64,000 bases of DNA from an uncultured Roseovarius sp. (GCA_947499555.1 CANMOU010000003.1:258979-322978); one strand, 5' to 3'. Counted from the stretch's first letter, positions 1 through 10,040 are shown. Notes: generated by a model not told the origin, from the sequence alone. Translations and numbers: made by a program.

Positions 1-1526
1 TGTGGTTGCCACCCGCCATTCTGGTGGTTCTCGTGGTCGTCATCGGCGTCGCGCCGTTTCTGGCAAAACCAGCAGTTTTCTTCGTCACCGATGCGGTTCT
101 GGGAGGCGCGGCGGAACTGCCAAAATACAAGATCAAGATCTGGCATGGTTTCGTGCCCGCGCTTTACATGTCTATCGTCGCCGTGGTCGGTGGCCTAATC
201 ATGCTGGCGCTCTTCAAGCCCGCCCTTCGGCTTTGGGACGCAGCACCGCGCCCGGAAGCCAAAACGATTTTCGAAGGTCTGGTCGAAGCCATCGTCGCCG
301 GGGCGCAGGCTATTGTTCTCAAGCTGCACAATGGCGCGTTTTCGCGTTACGCGGCCTTTGCCACCGTGACCATTGCGATCACTGGGTATTATGCCTGGCA
401 GACGGGAACAGTCGGTGCTGCAACACGAGAGATGCAGCCGGTTGGTCCCGTGTCGCTCGCAGGATGGGCGATGCTGGTGGCGGCCACACTTGGCCTTGTG
501 ATTTTTCATCGCAATCGACTTTTGTCGCTCGTTCTGATTGGCATTGTCGGACTTATGGTGTCGGTCGGATTTGTGTTCTTCAGCGCGCCGGATCTGGCTA
601 TGACGCAGATCACGGTTGAGGTGGTGACGATCATTCTGCTTCTATTGGCACTCAACTTCCTACCCAACCTGACGCCAGTGGAAAGCTCTGGTCTGCGGCG
701 CATGCGCGATATCGCCATTGCTGCGGCGGGTGGCCTCGCGGCGATGGGTCTTTCCATGCACTACCTGCTGCGCGATGCCGTCACGACGCCGATCTCGGAA
801 TTCCATCTGGCCAACTCTTACAAAGGGGGTGGCGGCACCAACGTGGTCAACGTGATCCTGGTCGATTTCCGTGGCTTCGACACTTATGGCGAGATCATTG
901 TTCTGGGTATTGCGGCCCTCCTGATCTATGCACTTACCGAGACGCTCTTGTTCGGCCCGGTGCGAGGCCGCTTGCTCAACCGCGCGCCGGATCAACCACA
1001 AGCCGGTGACAGGCACCCGATGATGATGGTTGTGCTCACCAGAGTCATGATGCCCGTCGTTCTGTTGGTCGGCTTCTACATCTTCCTGCGTGGTCACAAC
1101 GAGCCGGGCGGCGGTTTCATAGCCGGGCTGATCGTCTCGATTGGTGTTGTCATGCAATATATGGCGAGCGGATTCACCTGGACTGCGGCGCGTATGCGTT
1201 ATCCCTATCACGGCATTATTGGAGCGGGCGTTCTTATTGCCGGACTGACCGGAATCGGCTCGTGGTTTGTGGGCAAACCTTTCCTGACCTCGGATTTCAC
1301 ATATGTCCGCATCCCGCCGTTTCAGGAATTCGAGCTCGCCACAGCCGCGCTATTTGACCTTGGCGTCTTTCTTGCAGTGGTGGGCGCAGTGATGTTGTCA
1401 TTGGAAAGTTTCTCAAGGTTGGCACGGCGCCAGGATGCAAAAGACGACGAACATCCGATGGATATCGATCCATCGCGCGAAGAGCCGTCTGCGGATGCAC
1501 CCGAGCAAGCGACGGAGGCCACCTGA
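1..1526 (+). CDS. mrpA: Multisubunit Na+(K+)/H+ antiporter subunit A (MrpA/PhaA with fused MrpB-like C-terminal domain); 5'-truncated, gene continues upstream of window
   Basis: ORF 6..1526 is a polytopic membrane protein (many hydrophobic helices, C-terminal acidic tail). It is followed in order by mrpC-D-E-F-G homologues, which places it as the A/B subunit. No start codon lies inside the window. Confidence 0.8.
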   Translation, partial: WLPPAILVVLVVVIGVAPFLAKPAVFFVTDAVLGGAAELPKYKIKIWHGFVPALYMSIVAVVGGLIMLALFKPALRLWDAAPRPEAKTIFEGLVEAIVAGAQAIVLKLHNGAFSRYAAFATVTIAITGYYAWQTGTVGAATREMQPVGPVSLAGWAMLVAATLGLVIFHRNRLLSLVLIGIVGLMVSVGFVFFSAPDLAMTQITVEVVTIILLLLALNFLPNLTPVESSGLRRMRDIAIAAAGGLAAMGLSMHYLLRDAVTTPISEFHLANSYKGGGGTNVVNVILVDFRGFDTYGEIIVLGIAALLIYALTETLLFGPVRGRLLNRAPDQPQAGDRHPMMMVVLTRVMMPVVLLVGFYIFLRGHNEPGGGFIAGLIVSIGVVMQYMASGFTWTAARMRYPYHGIIGAGVLIAGLTGIGSWFVGKPFLTSDFTYVRIPPFQEFELATAALFDLGVFLAVVGAVMLSLESFSRLARRQDAKDDEHPMDIDPSREEPSADAPEQATEAT

Positions 1527-1527
1527 T

Positions 1528-1884
1528 ATGGAGTTTCTTGTTGCATCCGCCATCGGGCTGCTGACAGCTGCTGGGATTTATCTGGTTCTGCGCCTGCGCA
1601 CCTTCCCTGTCATTCTGGGCATGTCGCTGCTGACCTATGCCGTAAACGTCTTTCTCTTTGCCTCAGGGCGCCTGACGATCGGCGCCCCGCCCATTCTGGT
1701 CAAAGGTGTCGAGACATACACCGATCCCTTGCCGCAGGCGCTGGTTCTGACGGCCATCGTGATCTCTTTTGGCATGACCGCGGTTGTTGTGATGATTGCA
1801 CTTGGCGCGTTCCTGAGTTCAGAGGACGACGCCGTCAACGACGCTGAAGAGACCGAAACACCGGCGCAGGAGGATGCATCATGA
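1528..1884 (+). CDS. mrpC: Na+/H+ antiporter subunit C (NuoK-like)
   Basis: ATG at 1528 sits immediately after the mrpA stop (TGA 1524-1526). The protein is about 118 aa, MEFLVASAIGLLTAAGIYLVLRL..., with 3 TM helices typical of MrpC/NuoK. Confidence 0.85.
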   Translation: MEFLVASAIGLLTAAGIYLVLRLRTFPVILGMSLLTYAVNVFLFASGRLTIGAPPILVKGVETYTDPLPQALVLTAIVISFGMTAVVVMIALGAFLSSEDDAVNDAEETETPAQEDAS

Positions 1885-3443
1885 TGCACTGGATCCTCAT
1901 GCCCATTATCCTGCCCGCTATCCTGGCTCCCTTCATCGTGCTTGCTGCACGCTACCATATCCAGATCCAACGCGTCTTCTCGATGGCTGGTGTTGTGGCC
2001 CTGATCGCGATTGCCGCTGGTCTGGCTTGGCAGGCCTCGGACGGCACGGTCACGCTTTATCAACTGGGCGACTGGGCGGCCCCCTTTGGCATCGTCGTCG
2101 TGGGCGACCGGTTATCGACCCTGATGGTCTTGCTAACCGCAATCCTGGCATTCTTCGTGCTCCTTTATTCCATCGCCTCGGGCTGGGACGAGCGCGGACG
2201 GCATTTCCACGCGCTCTTCCAGTTTCAGCTGATGGGGATCATGGGCGCGTTCCTGACCGGTGACCTGTTTAACCTCTTTGTGTTCTTCGAGGTTCTGCTG
2301 ATCGCCTCATATGGTTTGATGATTCATGCCGGTGGCCGTGAGCGGCTTCGGGCAGGGGTGCAATATGTGCTCTTTAATCTCTTGGGGTCCACGCTCTTTT
2401 TGTTCGCGCTGGGCGCGATCTATGCAGAGACCGGCACGCTCAACATGGCCGATCTGGCGCAGCGCGTGACCTTGATCGATGCCGACTCCACGGTTGGTAT
2501 TCGCGTGGCGGCGGTTCTCTTGCTTCTTGTCTTCGCCATCAAAGCAGCGCTTGTGCCGCTCCATTTCTGGCTGCCCTCAAGCTATGCCGAAGCCCCGGCG
2601 CCCGTGGCGGCGCTTTTTGCCATCATGACCAAGGTCGGGGCCTATGCTATCATTCGTGTCTATACCATCGTCTTCCCGCCTGACCTTGAGGTGACAGCCG
2701 GGTTGCACAATGATTGGCTCTTGCCTGCGGCGCTCGTGTCACTTGCGCTTGGCATGGGTGGCGTTTTGGCCGCCAAGAAACTGGACCGGCTCGTGACCTT
2801 CGCGGTAATCGGGTCCATGGGTATGGTGATGGTTGCGATCTCTCTCTTCACCGCGGAGAGCATTGCGGCGGCACTCTACTACATCGTTCATTCGACCCTT
2901 GCGGCAGCGGCGCTTTTCCTGATTGTCGATCTGGTCCGCACAAGCCGTCCTCATCTTGATCTGACACTGTTGCCTCCGGTTGCTGGTGCTGCGCTTATTT
3001 CCGGGCTCTTTTTTGTGGCGGCCATCGCCATGGCCGGGCTCCCACCGCTGTCGGGTTTCTTGGGCAAGCTGCTTATTTTGGACGCGTCTTTCGAGACGGC
3101 CAATCCGGTCTGGCCGTGGGCTGTGATCCTCACGGCAAGCCTGATCAGTATCGTCGGCTTCGCGCGCGCGGGAAGTACGGTGTTCTGGAAAGCAAAGAGT
3201 GTCGAGGAAACGCCCGCCGAAGAAGCCGAAGACAAGCTGGAAGACAGACCAGAACCTGCCACGCTGTCCTATGTTGCGGTCGGCGGTTTGCTGGCTTTGC
3301 TGATCAGCTACACCGTGTTTTCGGGTCCGGTGCATGCCTATATGAGCGCGACCTCAGAGCAGCTCTTCGCACCGGAATCCTATTTCTCGACGGTACTAGA
3401 AACACCAGGCAAGCTCAGCACACCAAAAGAGGAGGCGCACTGA
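1881..3443 (+). CDS. mrpD: Na+/H+ antiporter subunit D (NuoN/NuoL-family proton-pumping subunit)
   Basis: 520-aa polytopic protein with NuoL/N-type motifs (FFEVLLIASYGLM, conserved helix pattern). ATGA overlap with mrpC. Confidence 0.9.
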   Translation: MMHWILMPIILPAILAPFIVLAARYHIQIQRVFSMAGVVALIAIAAGLAWQASDGTVTLYQLGDWAAPFGIVVVGDRLSTLMVLLTAILAFFVLLYSIASGWDERGRHFHALFQFQLMGIMGAFLTGDLFNLFVFFEVLLIASYGLMIHAGGRERLRAGVQYVLFNLLGSTLFLFALGAIYAETGTLNMADLAQRVTLIDADSTVGIRVAAVLLLLVFAIKAALVPLHFWLPSSYAEAPAPVAALFAIMTKVGAYAIIRVYTIVFPPDLEVTAGLHNDWLLPAALVSLALGMGGVLAAKKLDRLVTFAVIGSMGMVMVAISLFTAESIAAALYYIVHSTLAAAALFLIVDLVRTSRPHLDLTLLPPVAGAALISGLFFVAAIAMAGLPPLSGFLGKLLILDASFETANPVWPWAVILTASLISIVGFARAGSTVFWKAKSVEETPAEEAEDKLEDRPEPATLSYVAVGGLLALLISYTVFSGPVHAYMSATSEQLFAPESYFSTVLETPGKLSTPKEEAH

Positions 3444-3444
3444 C

Positions 3445-3945
3445 ATGGCAAGGGCTCTTAACTGGCTTTTCCCGCATCCGGTGCTCACGCTTCTTCTAAC
3501 GGTGGTCTGGACGCTTCTGCAAAATAACATCTCGGCAGGGATGGTGGTGTTCGGTTTGATCCTTGGAACGATCATTCCGCGCATGACGGCTGTTTGGTGG
3601 CCGGACCGGCCTCGCGGCATCCGGGCTTTCAAATTTCTCAAATATATGCTCATCGTGCTTTGGGATATTCTTGTCGCAAATGTTCAAGTGGCTTGGATCG
3701 TTTTGACCCGGCCAAACTCGAAGCTGCGCCCGGCATGGGTTGTGGTGCCCCTTGATCTCAAGCAGCCCGAGGCAATCACCGTGTTGGCTGGTACCATTAC
3801 ATTGACGCCCGGCACCGTGTCGGCGGATATTTCCAGCGAAGGCCACAGCCTATTGGTGCATTCGCTTGACACGGATGATCCCGACGCCGTCCGCGATGAG
3901 ATCAAGTCTCGTTACGAGGCCCGTCTGAAGGAGATTTTCCTATGA
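3445..3945 (+). CDS. mrpE: Na+/H+ antiporter subunit E
   Basis: 166 aa; N-terminal TM pair followed by a soluble domain, as in MrpE. Position in the operon supports the call. Confidence 0.8.
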   Translation: MARALNWLFPHPVLTLLLTVVWTLLQNNISAGMVVFGLILGTIIPRMTAVWWPDRPRGIRAFKFLKYMLIVLWDILVANVQVAWIVLTRPNSKLRPAWVVVPLDLKQPEAITVLAGTITLTPGTVSADISSEGHSLLVHSLDTDDPDAVRDEIKSRYEARLKEIFL

Positions 3946-4229
3946 CTGCTGCTTTAGGGTTTCTGAATATCGCCCTTATTATTGCGTTCTGTGCGGTGGT
4001 GGTCTCGCAGCTGCTGTGCATCATCCGGCTATTCATCGGCCCCGATACCGGCGATCGAATCCTGGCGCTTGATACCATGGTGGTAAATGCCATCGGGATC
4101 ATCGTCCTTCTCGGCATCTGGCAAGGCACGCAAATCTATTTTGAAGTCTCCGTCATTATCGCCATGCTGGGGTTTGTCTCGACGGTGGCCTATGCGCGGT
4201 TCCGGCTAAGAGGAGACATCATCGAATGA
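3942..4229 (+). CDS. mrpF: Na+/H+ antiporter subunit F
   Basis: 95 aa, 3 TM helices, ATGA overlap with mrpE. MrpF-like size and order. Confidence 0.8.
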   Translation: MTAALGFLNIALIIAFCAVVVSQLLCIIRLFIGPDTGDRILALDTMVVNAIGIIVLLGIWQGTQIYFEVSVIIAMLGFVSTVAYARFRLRGDIIE

Positions 4230-4612
4230 CCTTCGACGCGATCCTGGTATACATCGCCGGTGTCTGGCTTTTGATCGGCGCAATCTTTGCGCTTGTGGGC
4301 GCAATCGGCCTGCTGCGGTTCACAGACTCGATGACGCGGTTGCATGCGCCCACCAAGGTTGGGACCGTGGGCATTGGCGCTTTGCTTCTTGCCGCCATCA
4401 TTCATGCCAGCGTCAGTGGAGATGGAACAATCCATGAGGTTCTGATCATGGCCTTCCTGTTTGTCACCGCACCGATTTCGGCCAACTTCATTGCCAAGGT
4501 GCATATCCATCGGCGGTCCTGTGAAACACCACCGGTGCCTTTGAAGGATCCAACCTGGTCGACACTGGCAACAACCGACGAGACGCCGGAACAGACCAAG
4601 GTCGAAGTTTAG
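4226..4612 (+). CDS. mrpG: Na+/H+ antiporter subunit G
   Basis: 128 aa, 3 TM helices plus a hydrophilic tail, ATGA overlap with mrpF. Last gene of the operon. Confidence 0.8.
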   Translation: MTFDAILVYIAGVWLLIGAIFALVGAIGLLRFTDSMTRLHAPTKVGTVGIGALLLAAIIHASVSGDGTIHEVLIMAFLFVTAPISANFIAKVHIHRRSCETPPVPLKDPTWSTLATTDETPEQTKVEV

Positions 4613-4642
4613 CCGAACGCAGACAACGGGCCGAAGACTGTC

Positions 4643-6970
4643 CTATGCGCGGGCTCTTTCCCTTTTGGGATCGTAGAACGGTGCATTGCGAACCGTTGCG
4701 CTGAGCCGCTTCATCCGCCCATCCATCTGCCCAACATCCAGCCTGGTCCCGTTCTCTGCGTGCTCCACGGCAAGCCGGGCCATTGCGATGGTTTTGTCCA
4801 TGATGGGAGAGCGCGTCGCGGACGTAATCACGCCAATCGCGCGTTCACCGGCAAAAACATGAGCGCCATGTGCCGGAACGTCGTCTCCGTCAAAGCTGAG
4901 GCCCTTAAGAACCTTGCGGGGATCGCGGGCATTACGCTCAAGCGCTGCACGGCCAACAAAATCGGTTTTCTTCAGATCAACAGCAAAGCCGAGGCCTGCT
5001 TCAAACGCGTCTATGCCGGGGGCAAATTCCGCGCCGGCAGCGGCAAGCCCGGCCTCGATGCGCAGGATTTCAAGCGCCGCGACGCCCATCGCCTCGATGC
5101 CGAATTCCTCTCCTGCCGCCATAACCGCATCCCACAGCGCAGGCGCATCGTCATGAGCGCAAAAAAGCTCGTAGCCCAATTCGCCCGTGTATCCGGACCG
5201 GGTGAGCATGAAAGGCACACCTTCACGGTCCCCAAGGCGCGCAACGGTCGCGCCGAACCATTTGACATGCTCAAGTGCCGGAACATGCGGCTGCGTGAAG
5301 ACAATCTTGCTCAATATGTCGCGGGACCTAGGCCCCTGCAATGCGAGGTTGGGCAGTGCACCACGCATGGCGTGCACTCGCACCTGCAGATCTTCTGATG
5401 TTGCCAGCTCCGAAAGCGCGCGACCGCTTTCTTCCGTACCGCAGCACCAGCGGAAAAGATTTGGTGCCATGCGAAAGAGCGTGCCGTCATCAATGACAGC
5501 CCCGGCCTCATCGCACATCAAGGCGTAGGTGCCGCGCCAAACTGCCAAACGCGAAACATCACGCGTGAGCGCCATTTGCAAAAGCCGTTCCGCGTCGGGC
5601 CCGACGATGTCGTATTTGCGCAGGCCGCTCATGTCTTGCAACGTGGCCTTTTCACGACAGGCCCAATACTCTCCGATTGTCCCAACACTGGGAAAGCTGA
5701 CCGGCGCCCAGAGATCGCGGGCAGGTGCGAAATGAGTTGTCAGCTTGGAGGTGCAGGGGTGAAACGCGCTTTCCTGACTGATCGACATCGGCGCATCTTC
5801 CTTTTCACGATAGGCCACGGCGCGACGGATCGGCGCTTCGGGTGAATAGATGCGCACATGCACATCTGTCGGGTTCCAGCCATTGATCGGATCAATGTCA
5901 TCGGGGCAGGCGGTTGAGACACAGACCAGATGGTCCATTGCCTTCAGCGCCACGTAATCTCCTGGCCGGGAATAACTTTCTTCGGTCATCAAACCGTGAT
6001 GCCTCGGATCAATCCACGTGTTCCAGAAGAAGTTGATTGCTGGCCAGGCAGACCTTCGGGCGACATCAAAAGGCGACAAGGCTTCTGATATGTTGTCAGA
6101 ACAATTCACATGCCCCGGGAATCCCCGCTCTTCATAGCCACGTGCGGTGCAGGCAAGACCAAATGTATCGTGCCGCCCGCAGGTGTCCTGCACGAGGTTC
6201 ATCATCGGGCGCATGTCACGGTCGAAGAATTTGTCGAACAGACCCGGCGTTGGATAAGCTCCGCGCACCATTGACCGCGTGGCGGTACCGTTGATCATCA
6301 ACTCTTCACCACGCTCGAGGCCGCTGCTCCGCAATGCCATGAAATCGGAGCATTGCTGACCTTCGACATCAATGATCTGAACGACCTCGCCGGGCTTCAC
6401 TTCATAGGCACGTGCTGTTCCGCGAGACACGGTAAACTCGTCCCGGACCTCGCCCATAGGTGGGGGCAGCAGCATATTGGAGGTGAGGCTGGCAGGCTTA
6501 TGAGTAAGCAGAATGGTTTCCGGCGCAGCGTCTTCCACAAGGCGATCAGGCGTCACCGCGTTGATGGCCCAGAGATGACAGTCCGCGCTTGTACTTAAGG
6601 CGACGAGGTCATCGGCGGGGACCTCGACAATATCGATCGTCGAGCCAATCGCCTTACCATTCGACGCGCACCATCCAGTCAGGGCGGTGCTGTCAAATGC
6701 GCTCAGGGAAAGACTTGCGTTGCCCTCAAGGCCAAGAAGGTGGGGTGCCGGATGTCCCAGATGATCCAGCACGAAAGCCGCAACCTTCTGCGTACTGCGC
6801 GTAGGTGCGACGGAAAGCAAGTCGCCGGCGGAGAGATCAAAGCGCACCGCTTCACGCGGGCCGATGGATTTTGTCAGGGATGCCGTCTTGTCAGGAAAGC
6901 CTGCAAAGATCCGGCCTTGGCCTGAATAGCCGATATTGCTGAAGTCGTGTTGGACAGACTTATGTTCCAC
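4643..6970 (-). CDS. DUF1989 (urea-carboxylase-associated family) domain fused to aminomethyltransferase (GcvT/T-protein, folate-binding) domain; 775 aa
   Basis: The C-terminal ~370 aa carry GcvT-family motifs (TRSGYTGELGYELF, folate-binding barrel). The N-terminal ~400 aa resemble DUF1989 proteins (VKPGEVVQIIDVEGQQCSDF...). It is divergent from a LacI regulator and upstream of a peptide-type ABC transporter. Confidence 0.75.
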   Translation of the reverse strand: MEHKSVQHDFSNIGYSGQGRIFAGFPDKTASLTKSIGPREAVRFDLSAGDLLSVAPTRSTQKVAAFVLDHLGHPAPHLLGLEGNASLSLSAFDSTALTGWCASNGKAIGSTIDIVEVPADDLVALSTSADCHLWAINAVTPDRLVEDAAPETILLTHKPASLTSNMLLPPPMGEVRDEFTVSRGTARAYEVKPGEVVQIIDVEGQQCSDFMALRSSGLERGEELMINGTATRSMVRGAYPTPGLFDKFFDRDMRPMMNLVQDTCGRHDTFGLACTARGYEERGFPGHVNCSDNISEALSPFDVARRSAWPAINFFWNTWIDPRHHGLMTEESYSRPGDYVALKAMDHLVCVSTACPDDIDPINGWNPTDVHVRIYSPEAPIRRAVAYREKEDAPMSISQESAFHPCTSKLTTHFAPARDLWAPVSFPSVGTIGEYWACREKATLQDMSGLRKYDIVGPDAERLLQMALTRDVSRLAVWRGTYALMCDEAGAVIDDGTLFRMAPNLFRWCCGTEESGRALSELATSEDLQVRVHAMRGALPNLALQGPRSRDILSKIVFTQPHVPALEHVKWFGATVARLGDREGVPFMLTRSGYTGELGYELFCAHDDAPALWDAVMAAGEEFGIEAMGVAALEILRIEAGLAAAGAEFAPGIDAFEAGLGFAVDLKKTDFVGRAALERNARDPRKVLKGLSFDGDDVPAHGAHVFAGERAIGVITSATRSPIMDKTIAMARLAVEHAENGTRLDVGQMDGRMKRLSATVRNAPFYDPKRERARA

Positions 6971-6996
6971 TGCCCCTGCTCCTGTTCGACTCAGGT

Positions 6997-7012
6997 ATGT
7001 AACCGGTTACAT
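6997..7012. promoter_or_regulatory. Perfect 16-bp palindrome ATGTAACCGGTTACAT, a LacI-family-type operator
   Basis: The sequence reads identically on both strands with a central CG. It lies in the 110-bp divergent intergenic region between the GcvT-fusion gene and the LacI-family regulator. Confidence 0.6.
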
Positions 7013-7047
7013 TTTGTGTGCAAATTGCGTCATTGTCAAGAAAATGG

Positions 7048-7061
7048 TGTAACCGGTTACA
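7048..7061. promoter_or_regulatory. Second copy of the operator palindrome TGTAACCGGTTACA
   Basis: Identical 14-bp palindrome about 50 bp from the first copy, 20 bp upstream of the regulator start codon. Confidence 0.6.
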
Positions 7062-7080
7062 TCAATCAGCTAGTCTAAAA

Positions 7081-8088
7081 ATGATGTCCCTTTCTCCCTC
7101 CAAACGCGCCAATCTTCGTGATGTGGCTCGCGCCGCCGACGTGTCTGTGGCGACGGTGTCTCGTGTCCTGAACACACCAGAAAAAGTCCGCAAGGAAACG
7201 CGCAAACGTGTCGAAGAACAAATCAGGCTTCTGCGTTTTGTGCCAAGCGCCGCAGCGCGTGCCTTTAGCACCGGCAGAACACGTGTTGTCGGAGCCCTGG
7301 TGCCGACCTTGGACAATGCCGTTTTCGCCAGGGTGCTGGAAAATCTTGAAAACGGGCTGGCACGGCGGGGCTTGGCGCTTGTCGTTGCAACCACCGATGA
7401 CGATCCAATAGTCGAGGCCGAAAAGGCACAGCAATTGGTGAATATCGGAGCCGAGGGCATGGTTGTCACCGGCATCACGCATAACAAGGCCTTCACAAAG
7501 CTTTTGGACCGGGCTGAGTTACCCGTGGTGGCGATTTCCTACTATGATCCAAGCTATCATATTCCGACAATCGGGTACGATAACCGCGAAAGCGCCAGAT
7601 TGGCGATGGATCATCTTTGCGCCAGCGGACACAGGAAAATAGCGGTTTTACACGGGCCCCTGCATTTCTCGGACAGAACGCGAAGTCGTGTAGACGCAAT
7701 CGGTGCGATGAAAACGGATGCCGAACTGCACTTTTTTCATACCGACGTTTCAATAGAGGGCGGTGTGCGGGCCGTGCAGCAGATGTTGTCTGCGCCTGTC
7801 GAGTTTGACGCATGCCTGTGCGCAACTGATGTCATAGCGACCGGGGTTCTGTTCGAGTTGCAGCGTCAGAACATCAAAGTGCCCGATGATATATCGCTGA
7901 TGGGTCTTGATGACCTGCCGATTTCAAGCTTCACCAACCCAACGCTCACCTCGGTCCGGGCACCGGTTCAGCAGATGGGTCTTCAGGCGGCGGACGCACT
8001 CGCGGATTGGATCGAAACAGGCTCTCGCCCACAAGCGATTTGTCTGCCGGTCACGCTTCAGGCGCGGCAATCCACACACCAAAGGTGA
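7081..8088 (+). CDS. LacI-family transcriptional regulator
   Basis: N-terminal HTH (ANLRDVARAADVSVATVSRVLN) plus a periplasmic-binding-protein-like sugar-binding domain. The likely start is ATG 7081 (MMSLSPSK); the ORF-track start at 7018 is probably an over-extension. Confidence 0.85.
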   Translation: MMSLSPSKRANLRDVARAADVSVATVSRVLNTPEKVRKETRKRVEEQIRLLRFVPSAAARAFSTGRTRVVGALVPTLDNAVFARVLENLENGLARRGLALVVATTDDDPIVEAEKAQQLVNIGAEGMVVTGITHNKAFTKLLDRAELPVVAISYYDPSYHIPTIGYDNRESARLAMDHLCASGHRKIAVLHGPLHFSDRTRSRVDAIGAMKTDAELHFFHTDVSIEGGVRAVQQMLSAPVEFDACLCATDVIATGVLFELQRQNIKVPDDISLMGLDDLPISSFTNPTLTSVRAPVQQMGLQAADALADWIETGSRPQAICLPVTLQARQSTHQR

Positions 8089-9054
8089 TCACTCGGCCAG
8101 ATGGCAGGCCACGCGTGTCTCTCCGATCATGCGCATCTCCGGGCGTTCCTTGCTGCAGCGGTCCACGGCCAAGGGGCAGCGCGGGTGAAATGCACAGCCG
8201 TTGGGCGGATTGATGGCATCGGGGATCTCGCCCTTGGGCGGGTCAACTTCACGGCCAAAGGCATCCATGCGGGGCGCCGCATCGAAAAGCATCTGCGTAT
8301 ACGGATGGCGCGGCTTGGCAAAAAGCGCGTCGCGTGGCGCTTCTTCGACCAGCCGACCCAGATAAAGCACGCCGATCCGGTCGGCCATGTGCTGCACAAC
8401 GGTTAGATCATGGCTGATGAAAAGATATGTGAGGCCAAGATCCTCGCGCAGGTCGGACATCAGGTTCAGCACCTGACTTTGTACTGACACATCCAAAGCC
8501 GATGTTGGCTCGTCACAGACGATGATCTTGGGGCCAGAGGCCAGCGCACGGGCGATACATATCCTTTGCCTTTGGCCGCCTGAAAACTCATGCGGATATT
8601 TCGACGCGTCTGCTGCCGACAGCCCCACCTGTTCCAAGAGCCGCTCGGCCAGACCGTTGGTGTCTCCACCCTTGGCCGCGACTGGTTCTGCGATAATGTC
8701 GCGCACGCGCCAACGAGGGTTGAGCGAAGCGTAGGGGTCTTGAAAGATCATCTGAATATCCGAGCGGACGGTCTCGATCTTACGGTCATCGCGTTCAGTG
8801 GCCAAATCTATACCGCTGATCTCGACAGCCCCATTCGATGGCGGAACAAGCCCCACGACGATCTTGCCAATGGTGGACTTGCCAGATCCACTCTCACCGA
8901 CAAGAGCATAGACGGTCTTTTCCTCAATCTCGAAACTGACATCTGAAACGGCAGTAAGAAGTGCTTTGGGCAGACGTTCAATGACCCGATTCAGCCATGG
9001 CTTTGAGACGTCAAAGACACGTGTCAGATTGCGAACTGAAATCAAGGCGCTCAT
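8089..9054 (-). CDS. Peptide/nickel ABC transporter ATP-binding protein (DppF/OppF-like)
   Basis: Walker A GESGSGKST, signature LSGGQRQR, and the C-terminal oligopeptide ABC extension. Start taken at MSALISVRNL. Confidence 0.85.
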   Translation of the reverse strand: MSALISVRNLTRVFDVSKPWLNRVIERLPKALLTAVSDVSFEIEEKTVYALVGESGSGKSTIGKIVVGLVPPSNGAVEISGIDLATERDDRKIETVRSDIQMIFQDPYASLNPRWRVRDIIAEPVAAKGGDTNGLAERLLEQVGLSAADASKYPHEFSGGQRQRICIARALASGPKIIVCDEPTSALDVSVQSQVLNLMSDLREDLGLTYLFISHDLTVVQHMADRIGVLYLGRLVEEAPRDALFAKPRHPYTQMLFDAAPRMDAFGREVDPPKGEIPDAINPPNGCAFHPRCPLAVDRCSKERPEMRMIGETRVACHLAE

Positions 9055-10040
9055 GCGACCGTGTCCTCTTTGATATTCAGCGGGAACCAGCATGCCGCGC
9101 GACCGTCGCAGGTATCAAGTCTCGGGGACGGATCCTGACGGCATCTGTCCTTCGCAAACTCGCAGCGCGGATTGAAGGCACAGCCTGTGGGCAAAGCACC
9201 CAGACGTGGCATGGCCCCGGGAATCTGACGCAGACGTTTCTGGCCCTGGCTTGCCAGAGGGGTCGAGGCCATAAGACCCGAAGTATAGGGATGCTTCGCT
9301 TCCGTGATCACATCGCGCACCGGCCCAAGCTCGGCCAGACGCCCGGCATACATAACGGCCACGCGGTCGGCGGCCTCGGCAATCACGCCCATGTCGTGGG
9401 TGACCAGCATCACGGCGACGCCGCGCTCGCGGCAGAGGCGTTTGAGCAGGGCCACGATCTGCGCCTGCACGGAGACATCCAAAGCGGTGGTGGGTTCATC
9501 GGCGATGACAAGCTCCGGTTCGGCGCAAAGCGCAAGCGCAATCACCACCCGTTGCCGCATCCCGCCAGAAAACTCGTGCGGATAGCTGTCAATCCGCTGG
9601 GCGGCAGCGGGTATGCCCACCTCTTCCAAAGCCGCGATGGCCCGTTTCTGCGCTTCGGATTGCCCGACATTCAGGTGTTCCTGGATCGTCTCGGTCAGCT
9701 GCTCGCCCACTGTCAGAAGCGGGTTGAGTGACGTCAGCGGATCCTGAAAAACCATCCCCATATGTCGCCCGCGCAACCGCCGCAACTTGTCACGCGAGAT
9801 ATCGTGGATGGGCTCGCCCTTGAGCAAGACCTCACCCGAGGTGATGTGCGCGGGCGGGTCAAGCAGGCCGATCACGGCATTCCCGGTCATGGATTTCCCC
9901 GCCCCGGATTCGCCCACCACACCAAGGATTTCGCCAGCATGAATGTCATAGCTCACCTGATCCACAGGTCGCAGAATGCCGTGCCGCGTGGGGATTTCCA
10001 CGACAAGGTCGCGGACGGAAAGGATGGGGGTGTTGGTCAT
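9051..10040 (-). CDS. Peptide ABC transporter ATP-binding protein (DppD/OppD-like)
   Basis: Walker A GESGAGKSM, signature FSGGMRQR. Start at MTNTPILSV, with ATGA overlap to the upstream permease. Confidence 0.85.
   Translation of the reverse strand: MTNTPILSVRDLVVEIPTRHGILRPVDQVSYDIHAGEILGVVGESGAGKSMTGNAVIGLLDPPAHITSGEVLLKGEPIHDISRDKLRRLRGRHMGMVFQDPLTSLNPLLTVGEQLTETIQEHLNVGQSEAQKRAIAALEEVGIPAAAQRIDSYPHEFSGGMRQRVVIALALCAEPELVIADEPTTALDVSVQAQIVALLKRLCRERGVAVMLVTHDMGVIAEAADRVAVMYAGRLAELGPVRDVITEAKHPYTSGLMASTPLASQGQKRLRQIPGAMPRLGALPTGCAFNPRCEFAKDRCRQDPSPRLDTCDGRAACWFPLNIKEDTVA

Noticed and set aside
2-619. 205-aa ORF in an alternative frame of mrpA
   Set aside because: It overlaps the well-supported membrane-protein frame and its Arg/Gly-rich composition is typical of off-frame translation of GC-rich coding DNA.
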